This document shows, piece after piece, positions 7,419-14,652 of a stretch of 14,954 nucleotides of DNA. Source of the stretch: an uncultured bacterium (lineage in GTDB: Bacteria > T1Sed10-126); contig CAZMIT010000038.1 in the NCBI GenBank assembly GCA_964566495.1, positions 1-14,954 of the forward strand, written 5' to 3'. The notes beneath the pieces are model-generated. The model made no database searches. It worked only from the letters and a program-made list of their open reading frames with translations, and was not told where the DNA came from. The position numbers were made by a program, and so were the translations under genes. Every line of letters starts with the position of its first letter. Positions within the stretch are counted from its first letter, which is position 1.

Positions 7419-8111
7419 TTAGGAACAGGCGAAATAATCATCCAGCAATTCTAAATCCTGCTCCAGTAGCTCCGTCAGATCAATTGTTAACAAAAACCCT
7501 TCCCCGGTTTGTGCCCTCTGCGACTCCAGAACAAGCGCCTCTCTGGCTGGCATCTGAAACTTTTCGGTTTCAAAAGAAATTTCAGCCGGCTTATTTTTTT
7601 GCTCCTTAAACACCCGCGCGTTTTTATCGGTGGTCTGCACGTAAAGGTGATTGTTGGAGAATCTGATTGCTTTTCCCTGCAAAAGTCTAATCCCCTCGGG
7701 CGTGCGCACCACTACCGGTATGGGCTTGGGGCGCTCGACTTGTTGACAGGCGTTTTTCTCTTCCAGGTGCGAGAAAAAATCCTCCCGGGTTTTAAATACG
7801 TTCAGCTTCTCCCGGGTTTTTTCATTTTTTAAAAGTTTTGGCTGCAGAAGACGGGGAATGTTGCAGAGGTAGAATTCCCAGTTGTTTTCTCTCGCTTTAT
7901 CCTGGAATTTTGTAAAAATTTTTATTGGGTTGGTCTTTACGTTGCTAACCCCACGGACGTCCAGGGCAAGAACTCTTTTCTCCGGGCTGGCAGCCTCTAT
8001 TTTTTTCATCCGCTGCTCAAGCTCCTCAGCCAGCCCCTCTTCCAGTGGTCCCATAAACAATAGGAAGGCGAGAAAATCAAAATCATCTGTTTTTAAAGCC
8101 ATAAACTCCAT
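7419..8111 (-). CDS. STAS-like (anti-sigma-factor antagonist fold) domain plus a C-terminal PilZ-like beta domain, 230 aa
   Basis: ATG at 8111 with SD AGGAGG (complement of 8121-8126), preferred over the ORF-track start at 8207. STAS pattern: GPL....AEELE...VLALDVRGVSNV...FYLCNIP...LNVFKTREDF. The C-terminal half R..PIPVVV...GKAIRFSNNHLYV resembles a degenerate PilZ. Confidence 0.55.
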   Translation of the reverse strand: MEFMALKTDDFDFLAFLLFMGPLEEGLAEELEQRMKKIEAASPEKRVLALDVRGVSNVKTNPIKIFTKFQDKARENNWEFYLCNIPRLLQPKLLKNEKTREKLNVFKTREDFFSHLEEKNACQQVERPKPIPVVVRTPEGIRLLQGKAIRFSNNHLYVQTTDKNARVFKEQKNKPAEISFETEKFQMPAREALVLESQRAQTGEGFLLTIDLTELLEQDLELLDDYFACS

Positions 8112-8172
8112 TCTTGCGGTCCTCCTGTCCGTGGTCAGTTGCCCATGTCTTATCGTTTTCCCCCGTTCTAAT

Positions 8173-8350
8173 CTTCCAGCGGCTCCCTTCCCGGTTTCTC
8201 TCTTCAAGTGGAAAGAGAAGCTGGAAAGTTCTGTTTCACATTGATTTTACCTTCATTATGTGATTTAATAAACAAATTCAATTGCACCTTCAAACATGAC
8301 TTTTAAACGTCATTCCCCTTCCTTTTTTCCAGCTTGAAGCGGGAAGAGAC
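8173..8350. repeat. Two degenerate, oppositely oriented copies of the CTTGAAG-loop hairpin repeat in a divergent intergenic region
   Basis: The minus strand of ~8185-8227 reads TTTCCAGCTTCTCTTTCCACTTGAAGAGAGAAACCGGGAAGGG. The plus strand at 8311-8350 reads CATTCCCCTTCCTTTTTTCCAGCTTGAAGCGGGAAGAGAC, alignable with 1928-1967. Confidence 0.45.
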
Positions 8351-8384
8351 CAGCGGCTAATTTTGAAAGGGAGAGTAGGTAATC

Positions 8385-9017
8385 TTGTCAGGTCCCGGTG
8401 TCTGTTCGGAAGCCGACTGGAATTGTGTCATCCTGGCAGCTGGTCGTTCTTCCCGTATGGGTGTGCCCAAGCCGTTGCTGCGGATACAGGACAAATATCT
8501 TCTAAGACATAAAGTGGACCAGGCTTTTCGGCTGGCGGCCAAAAATGTAGCTGTGGTTTTAGGCTACCACGAGGCCCGAATCAGGCGGGCGATAGAGCTT
8601 TGTCCCTCCCCAAATTTTCACTTCATTAGAAATCCGCTCCCCGATCGCGGTCAGACCTCTTCGCTTCAGGTGGCGCTGCAAGAGCTGGGCATTGAAACAA
8701 CTGTTTCATCATGGCCGGTAGATCAGCCACCACTGCCCGACGGTGTCCTGCGAAAGTTAGTCAGTCAAAGCGGTAGTAAAATTGTCATTCCTTCTTATGA
8801 TTATCGGCGTGGCCATCCGCCTTTTTATCCTCCCTGGTTATTACCTGAACTACAAGCGTTACCGGTAACCAGGGGGGTTAACAGCCTTTATGAGAAATAT
8901 GAAGATAAAATTATTCACGTAGAAGTGGACTGTCCGGCTGTCCTGGCGGACCTGGATACCCCGGCTGATTTTCAAAAGCACCTTCAGGATTTGTCGACCT
9001 CCGTCGAAAAACAATAA
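8385..9017 (+). CDS. Nucleotidyltransferase, MocA/YgfJ-like (molybdenum cofactor cytidylyltransferase family)
   Basis: Motifs VILAAGRSSRMGVPKPLL, GQTSSL, PVDQP, RRGHP, DLDTPADF. TTG start is uncertain. Confidence 0.82.
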   Translation: MSGPGVCSEADWNCVILAAGRSSRMGVPKPLLRIQDKYLLRHKVDQAFRLAAKNVAVVLGYHEARIRRAIELCPSPNFHFIRNPLPDRGQTSSLQVALQELGIETTVSSWPVDQPPLPDGVLRKLVSQSGSKIVIPSYDYRRGHPPFYPPWLLPELQALPVTRGVNSLYEKYEDKIIHVEVDCPAVLADLDTPADFQKHLQDLSTSVEKQ

Positions 9018-9037
9018 GAGACCGACCAACTTTACAG

Positions 9038-9075
9038 CGGGACTGTTTTCTTCCCGAAGACAGGGACAGTTCCCG
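9038..9075. other. Intergenic stem-loop
   Basis: CGGGACTGT...ACAGTTCCCG with an inner TCTTC/GAAGA pair. No U-tract. It ends 6 nt before the next SD (GGAGGT, 9082-9087). Confidence 0.4.
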
Positions 9076-9093
9076 ACCGGTGGAGGTGTCGCT

Positions 9094-10350
9094 TTGCTAT
9101 TTAATCAGTTTCGTAAGTGGAGCGCCTTAATATTTTTTGTTATCTTGTTAATAACAGTCAGCGGGGCTGAGCTATCTGCCTCGTTTGGACGGCCAAATAG
9201 AATTGAGTCGATCGAATTTGTGCCACGCAGTCGCCATCAGCTCAGACTGGGATCTGGGTTAGAATTTAATCGAGAACTGGGCACTGATCTGCTCGATGAA
9301 GAAGAACTGGAATACGATGCCTACCGGCTAAATCCAATTGAATACCGTTTTGGATTATTGGACAATTTTGAACTTGGTTTTGGAACCGGCTATACGATGA
9401 ACTCAGGATCGCCTCATCCGGACGAGTCAAATTACGACACTATTGATCTGCTGGCTCGTTTACGCTGGCACCGCCATTTTGGCACCTCTTTTCGTCTTCG
9501 TTTTGCCGGTGATCCGGCTCTGCACCCGGACGGAGCCGATCGGGTCCAATTACGAATTAACTTTCCATTTGTTATAGCAGTTGGCGACGGTTACTTTCAC
9601 TCGGAAGTTGGTTATACTTTTGCCGGAGGAGACTTTGAGGGGCCGGACGGCGAGGTGATTGCAGACCGTGAAGGTCATCTTAATTATGGGCTCGGGCTGA
9701 GCTGGCTCAATTCCTCCTTCTCCGCTTATTCAATTGAAGTCGTCGGTCGACAGGCCGGAGCAGAGCTGGAGGAGGGGGCGTTTAACGATCATCTGGAGTT
9801 AGTTTTTGGTTCCTCATTTACCTTCACCGAAAATTCTCGACTGCAGCCCTCAGTTGGAGTGGGGCTGTTAGAGGGAAGCCCGGACCTATCCCTTCGAGTT
9901 TCTTACACTCTGGGATTGAAAGCTCCTGAGGCCCGCCGAAAAAAAATGTTGCCCGCCGAGCGTTTTTCTCGCCGCGAACCCGCCCCTTTAGAACCAGAGG
10001 TCGACCTGCGAGAACTCAAACAACAGGGAGCAGCTGAATTTGAACTAAACAACCTTGAAAAAGCAATTGAAATATTCGAAGAGGTTCTGGAACATGACCC
10101 GGAGAATCTGATCGCGCTCTCTAACCTGGGCAGTCTTCACTACCGGCGTGAAAATTACTCACGGGCAGCCGATTATTATCGCCGTGCTCTCGACGTGGAA
10201 CCGACTGATGTGGTTGCGCGACAGTATCTTGGCGCAATCTATTATCAACTTGGTGAATGGGAAAAAGCTCGCGAAGAGTTTCAGACGGTGCTGGAGCTGG
10301 AACCGGAAAACGAAACTGTTCAACGTTGGCTTGATTTTTTAAGGCGTTAG
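9094..10350 (+). CDS. Exported protein: predicted outer-membrane beta-barrel fused to a C-terminal TPR domain
   Basis: SD GGAGGT and a TTG start. Signal peptide (RK, hydrophobic stretch, ..ELSA). Alternating strands YRFGLLDNFELGFG, LNYGLGLSW, LQPSVGVGL, SPDLSLRVSY. About 3 TPRs (ALSNLGSLHY..YRRALDVEP; ARQYLGAIYYQLGEWEKA..VLELEPEN). Confidence 0.75.
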   Translation: MLFNQFRKWSALIFFVILLITVSGAELSASFGRPNRIESIEFVPRSRHQLRLGSGLEFNRELGTDLLDEEELEYDAYRLNPIEYRFGLLDNFELGFGTGYTMNSGSPHPDESNYDTIDLLARLRWHRHFGTSFRLRFAGDPALHPDGADRVQLRINFPFVIAVGDGYFHSEVGYTFAGGDFEGPDGEVIADREGHLNYGLGLSWLNSSFSAYSIEVVGRQAGAELEEGAFNDHLELVFGSSFTFTENSRLQPSVGVGLLEGSPDLSLRVSYTLGLKAPEARRKKMLPAERFSRREPAPLEPEVDLRELKQQGAAEFELNNLEKAIEIFEEVLEHDPENLIALSNLGSLHYRRENYSRAADYYRRALDVEPTDVVARQYLGAIYYQLGEWEKAREEFQTVLELEPENETVQRWLDFLRR

Positions 10351-10377
10351 TTTAGTCTCTCTCCCGGTTGCGCTTGA

Positions 10378-11934
10378 TTGTCAGGGGGCAATAATATTAA
10401 AGCAAAAAATTCACCCTACGGTTTTCTCTATACTGACTTTTACCAACTCACCATGGCCCAGACCTATTTTAACCAGGGACTGCATGAAAAACCGGCCCGT
10501 TTCGAGCATTTTTTTCGTAAAAATCCCAATTATGGCGACCACCGAGCCGGCTTCTGTGTGAATGCTGGTTTAGATACCTTTCTTGACTGGTTGAAAGAGG
10601 CCATACCAACTGCTGATGAAATCGAATATTTGCGTCAATTAACTAAATCGTCTGGCAGTCCCATGTTCAGCCCGGACTTCCTCCAGTGGCTGAGGGGAAG
10701 CGACCCTTTTAGCGAACTAACTGTAAAAGCCATTCCTGAGGGACGGGTGGTTCACCCTAACGAGCCACTGACGGTCATCGAGGGTCCGCTTGCCCTTGCC
10801 CAGTTGGTGGAAACTCCACTGCTCAACCATATTAACTACCAGATTTTGATTGCCACCCGTGCAGCTCGTATAGCTGCCGCTGGGGAGGGGAAGCTGTTGT
10901 TAGAATTTGGGATGAGGCGCGCCCACGAGAAGGGGGCCAACAGTGGTGCCCGGGCTGCTATGATCGGCGGCGCTGATTTCACCTCAAATACTGCTGCCTC
11001 GCGCTGGCTTGACTATCCCCCGAAGGGAACTCACGCCCACAGCCTTGTCCAGACTTTTCTTGCCCTGGGCAAGTCTGAACTGGAGGCATTTCGTGCCTTC
11101 GCCCGCGCTTATCCTGACAATTGTATTTTGCTGGTTGATACCGTGGACACACTCCACAGCGGCCTCCCCAACGCTATCGAGGTCTTTGAGGAACTTCGGG
11201 CTGAGGGCCACGAGCCGCTGGGAGTCCGTCTGGATTCCGGCGATCTTGCCCACCTCGCCGTTCGTGCCGCGGAGATGCTCAACGAGGCCGGCTTCCCCGG
11301 TGTCAGTATTGTTCTCTCGAATCAGCTGGACGAACTTGTATTGCGGCAGATTCTTGAGCAGATCCGCTATGAAGCTCCTGATTATGATCTTGACCCTGAG
11401 GCAGTAATTGATCGTCTTGTCTATGGGGTCGGAACTCGGTTGATTACTTCCGCTGGCGACTCTTCCCTGGGCGGAGTTTACAAATTAGTTGCAATTAAAG
11501 CTGAGGCCGGTTGGGAGCCGGTGTTAAAAATTTCTGAAACGCCGGAGAAGATTCCTATTCCCGGGCGGAAAGAGCTTTACCGGGTTTATGACGCCCGCGG
11601 TAAGGCTACGGCGGATTTGCTGGCCCGCCCGGACGAGGAGGTTCATGAACAAGAATCATTACTCCTGCAACACCCGTACAGGAGTCAGTGCCGTCGTCGC
11701 CTTGGCTTCGGTGAGATTGGTGAGATAGAGCCTCTTCTGGCCTGTTATCTGCGAGACGGGCAGTTGCTGCGCGAAAATGAAACTCTGGAAAAGTTCCGGC
11801 AGCGTAGGAAAATGGATCTGAAAAAGCTTGACGCCGGCGTCAAACGAATACTCAACCCCCATTTTTACCACGTCTCAATCAGTGAACAGACGTCGGAATT
11901 AAAGCAGGAGCTGGTATCTGAATATGAAAGATAA
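10378..11934 (+). CDS. pncB: Nicotinate phosphoribosyltransferase
   Basis: Motifs LYTDFYQLTM, EGPLALAQLVETPLLN, LEFGMRRAH, GTHAHS, LVDTVDT, GVRLDSGDL, YGVGTRL, LGGVYKLV. Exact start is uncertain. Confidence 0.95.
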   Translation: MSGGNNIKAKNSPYGFLYTDFYQLTMAQTYFNQGLHEKPARFEHFFRKNPNYGDHRAGFCVNAGLDTFLDWLKEAIPTADEIEYLRQLTKSSGSPMFSPDFLQWLRGSDPFSELTVKAIPEGRVVHPNEPLTVIEGPLALAQLVETPLLNHINYQILIATRAARIAAAGEGKLLLEFGMRRAHEKGANSGARAAMIGGADFTSNTAASRWLDYPPKGTHAHSLVQTFLALGKSELEAFRAFARAYPDNCILLVDTVDTLHSGLPNAIEVFEELRAEGHEPLGVRLDSGDLAHLAVRAAEMLNEAGFPGVSIVLSNQLDELVLRQILEQIRYEAPDYDLDPEAVIDRLVYGVGTRLITSAGDSSLGGVYKLVAIKAEAGWEPVLKISETPEKIPIPGRKELYRVYDARGKATADLLARPDEEVHEQESLLLQHPYRSQCRRRLGFGEIGEIEPLLACYLRDGQLLRENETLEKFRQRRKMDLKKLDAGVKRILNPHFYHVSISEQTSELKQELVSEYER

Positions 11935-11936
11935 AG

Positions 11937-13310
11937 TTAGAGAATTGCCATTGCAATTGAAAAATAGATAAGCAGACCGCAGGCGTCAACAATTGAAGTA
12001 ATCAGCGGGCCGCTGGCAACAGCCGGGTCGAGGTTCAGCGTGGTGAGCAGGAAGGGAAGCAGAACCCCGATCAGGTTGGCCGCGAATATTATTGCAAGCA
12101 TTGCCAGGCCAACGACGACGCCAATCATTACTTCCGCCCGGAAAACACCGAGGAAAAAACTGGCGAATCCGAGAGAAAGGCCTAAAAATAGACCGATAGC
12201 AATCTCCCTCAGGAAAGCCTTAAACCACTCGTCCATTTGAACATCGCCGATTGATATGGCCCGGACCATCATCATCGCTGACTGGGCGCCGGCGTTGCCG
12301 CCGCTGTCAATCAGCAGCGGGATAAAGAAGGCGAGCCCGATAGCCGCTTCCAGCGTCTCCTCAAAACCGGCAATTATTCCGGAAGAAATCAGGTTGACAA
12401 AGACCAGTATTAACAGCCACCAGAAACGGCTGCGGAAGAGCAGGCCAACCCCCGCTTCGCTGTAAGTCTTTCCCAGCGGTAAAACGGCACTGGTCTTCTG
12501 AAAGTCCTCAGTTGCTTCCTCTTCGGCAACGTCGAGGGCGTCGTCAATTGTTACTATTCCCAGTAATCGACCGTTAGAATCTTCGGCCGGGATCGAGAAG
12601 AGGTCGTAGCGCTGCATTATCTGGACCGCTTCTTCCCGGTCGGCGTTTGCTTCCACCGAGACGTATGAGTAGTCCATAAGCTCTTCAATTTGTGTGTCGG
12701 GGTCCGTCAGAATTATTTGTCTCAAAGGGATCGCGTCAATTAGCACGTTTTCCTCGTCAACGACATAAATTGACTTGATGGTCTCCTTGTCCTTACCTAT
12801 TTTGCGAATATGGTCCAGCGCCTCCTGACAGGTCCAGTCCGGTTTCACCCGCACATAATCCGGGGTCATCAGCCGGCCAACGCTTTCTTCCGGGTAACCA
12901 AGCAGCTCCCGCGCTTCCTCCAGGTGTTCACCCTCCAGTAAATTAAGTAATTTGCGGGTTAAACGGGCTGGCAGTTCCTCCAGGAATTGAGTCCGGTCGT
13001 CAGGTGGGATAGTTTTTAAAATTTTTCGTGTTTCTTGATCGGTGAGCTCTTTTAATAGCGTGTTTTGTGTGTAGGAGTCTAAAAATGCAAAGACCTTAGC
13101 GGCTTTTTCTCGGTCAAGCGCTCGAAAGATAAAAACACGCTCTGACTTGGTAGATTTTAACAGTAGGTCTGCTATGTCTGGAACCGGCCATTCGCCGAGG
13201 ACATCCGTCAATTCGTCCCACATTTCCCTGTCAATGAGCGCTCTAATTTTTTCGCCTTGTGGCACTACTTCGCCTTTAACTGGACTCTCTATGGCGGATT
13301 TTTTTTGCAT
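11937..13310 (-). CDS. mgtE: Magnesium transporter MgtE
   Basis: N-domain PDDR..LEELP; YPEESVGRLMTP; CBS pair with GIVTIDD and EEEATED; TM region FIPLL..SGGNAGAQS, DPAVASGPLITSIVD. SD GGAGGT (complement of 13317-13322). Confidence 0.96.
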   Translation of the reverse strand: MQKKSAIESPVKGEVVPQGEKIRALIDREMWDELTDVLGEWPVPDIADLLLKSTKSERVFIFRALDREKAAKVFAFLDSYTQNTLLKELTDQETRKILKTIPPDDRTQFLEELPARLTRKLLNLLEGEHLEEARELLGYPEESVGRLMTPDYVRVKPDWTCQEALDHIRKIGKDKETIKSIYVVDEENVLIDAIPLRQIILTDPDTQIEELMDYSYVSVEANADREEAVQIMQRYDLFSIPAEDSNGRLLGIVTIDDALDVAEEEATEDFQKTSAVLPLGKTYSEAGVGLLFRSRFWWLLILVFVNLISSGIIAGFEETLEAAIGLAFFIPLLIDSGGNAGAQSAMMMVRAISIGDVQMDEWFKAFLREIAIGLFLGLSLGFASFFLGVFRAEVMIGVVVGLAMLAIIFAANLIGVLLPFLLTTLNLDPAVASGPLITSIVDACGLLIYFSIAMAIL

Positions 13311-13353
13311 TAATTTACCTCCAAATGGGCTACAGTCTTCAATTTGTCCAATT

Positions 13354-13381
13354 ATTGTAGATTAAAGCTTGATTTTTGCAA
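13354..13381 (-). promoter_or_regulatory. Putative sigma70-type promoter of mgtE
   Basis: The minus strand reads TTGCAA (13376-13381), a 16-nt spacer, then TACAAT (13354-13359), implying a leader of roughly 35-40 nt. Confidence 0.5.
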
Positions 13382-13443
13382 GAGAATGCCCGATAATATA
13401 AGCGCAGTAGGGAAAACATATACGATTCCCCTTCCATTCCAAT

Positions 13444-13475
13444 CAGGCCGGCTCAGACGAAAGTCTGGCCGGCTG
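13444..13475. terminator. GC-rich hairpin downstream of rnhB; possible terminator or 3' end of a small RNA
   Basis: GCCGGC-T-CAGAC GAAA GTCTG-GCCGGC. GNRA loop on the plus strand. No U-tract on either strand. Confidence 0.45.
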
Positions 13476-13495
13476 GACTCATAAATCCAGATGTC

Positions 13496-14119
13496 CTACG
13501 GATGGAGGGGGATATTTTTTTGTACCCTGCTCACTGTTGACCAGCTCTCGCGTACCACAGCAGGCCAAGATTTGTTTTCTGAAAAGTGGTTTTCAAGCCA
13601 GCTGATAGTTTTTGGGTCTCCCGGGTATCCCGAGCCAACCTCGCCCCAATTGCTGCTTATGTTTTCCAGGGCCGCGTCTCGCTCTTGCTTGGCCATCACA
13701 CTGGCCGCGGAAACTGCCGGATATTTTTCATCGGCGCCACTGGAAAAGTGGAATTCTCGCTCGGGCAGTTCCCACCGGACCCAGTTTTCAGCTTCGTGGC
13801 CACTGCCCAGGGCATCGGCGTAAACGGGAATCTCAGCCGGAAAATTCTTGAGGGTCGCTACAATAACTCGAGCCTCCAGGTGCTGCAGCGGTAGTTCTGA
13901 GGTGCTAATCTGATAGGCCGGAATGTGTTGTGTCTGGTAATGGCAGTTTTTTTGTATGAATTCTGCTGTTTTCCGTCGTTGCGCCGGAGTCATTTTTTTA
14001 CTGTCCGTTAGCTTTAAATCTTCCGGCAGGGAAGGCTCATTCCACTGCACTATACCTACGACAAGCGGTCCCACGGCCGGTCCGCGTCCCGCTTCATCAA
14101 TGCCAATCACAACAGACAT
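13496..14119 (-). CDS. rnhB: Ribonuclease HII, archaeal/eukaryotic-type signature
   Basis: Motifs GIDEAGRGPAVGPL, DSKK, YAD, ADEKYPAVSAASVMAK..RD, GSGYPGDPKT, VRESWSTV. ATG at 14119 with SD AAGGTGA, preferred over 14146. Confidence 0.92.
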   Translation of the reverse strand: MSVVIGIDEAGRGPAVGPLVVGIVQWNEPSLPEDLKLTDSKKMTPAQRRKTAEFIQKNCHYQTQHIPAYQISTSELPLQHLEARVIVATLKNFPAEIPVYADALGSGHEAENWVRWELPEREFHFSSGADEKYPAVSAASVMAKQERDAALENISSNWGEVGSGYPGDPKTISWLENHFSENKSWPAVVRESWSTVSRVQKNIPLHP

Positions 14120-14233
14120 TTTATCACCTTGAAAAGTACTAAACATATGTAAATCCCAGCAGTTTCATAGTATAATTATATCCTACTTTTAAGCGACATT
14201 GAGGATTCATAGTGATTAAAACGGTAATAAAAA

Positions 14234-14306
14234 GCGCCCGTAGCTCAGCGGACAGAGCGTCGCCCTCCGGAGGCGAAAGTCGGGGGTTCAAATCCTCCCG
14301 GGCGTA
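14234..14306 (+). tRNA. tRNA-Arg (anticodon CCG), CCA not encoded
   Basis: Cloverleaf: GCGCCCG/CGGGCGT acceptor, GCTC/GAGC D-arm, TCGCC-CTCCGGA-GGCGA anticodon arm, GGGGG-TTCAAAT-CCTCC T-arm, discriminator A followed by TTG. Confidence 0.96.
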
Positions 14307-14652
14307 TTGTTAGTTAGATAGTTAAAAAGTTATAAAGTTAGAAAGTTAAACTTCGTTAAACCTATCAACTTTCATACTTTCATACTTTCATACTTTCACA
14401 CTTTCCCACTTTTCAACTTTCCCACTTTCACACTTTCAAGGAGTTTGAGGGACGTTAGTCCCTCAAGCTTTTAGCCACAGGATGTGGCGTGGGGGAGCAG
14501 CGAACGACAGTGAGCGTTGAGGGGAGAAGATGCTTCCCCCTCAAAGAGCACGAGGCGACAAGTCGGGGGTTCAAATCCTCCCGGGCGTATTGTTAGTTAG
14601 ATAGTTAAAAAGTTATAAAGTTAGAAAGTTGAAATTCGTTAAACCTATCAAC
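14277..14652 (+). repeat. Direct repeat of the tRNA 3' end plus downstream flank (14277-14369 and 14560-14652)
   Basis: 71 bp identical (14277-14347 = 14560-14630), extending to 93 bp with 2 mismatches. Offset is 283 bp. Confidence 0.92.

Noticed and set aside
8112..8384. Moco, cobalamin or c-di-GMP riboswitch in the divergent intergenic region
   Set aside because: Only isolated words (CGGGAAG, GGGCAAC) match and the conserved cores are absent. The structure is better explained by the hairpin repeat family.
8385..11934. A nicotinate catabolism/salvage operon linking the MocA-like gene with pncB
   Set aside because: No molybdenum hydroxylase subunits or XdhC in the window. Co-orientation alone is insufficient.
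13311..13495. M-box (ykoK) magnesium riboswitch upstream of mgtE
   Set aside because: No recognisable M-box sequence, and the predicted promoter leaves only a ~35-40 nt leader.
169..13894. Remaining short ORFs in the track that overlap larger genes (e.g. 191-454, 3201-3512, 5492-5905, 7882-8244, 11009-11407, 13491-13823)
   Set aside because: They are alternative-frame or antisense overlaps of well-supported CDSs, without recognisable motifs.
14552..14589. Second tRNA gene
   Set aside because: Only the 3' portion is present. There is no 5' acceptor strand, D-arm or anticodon loop.
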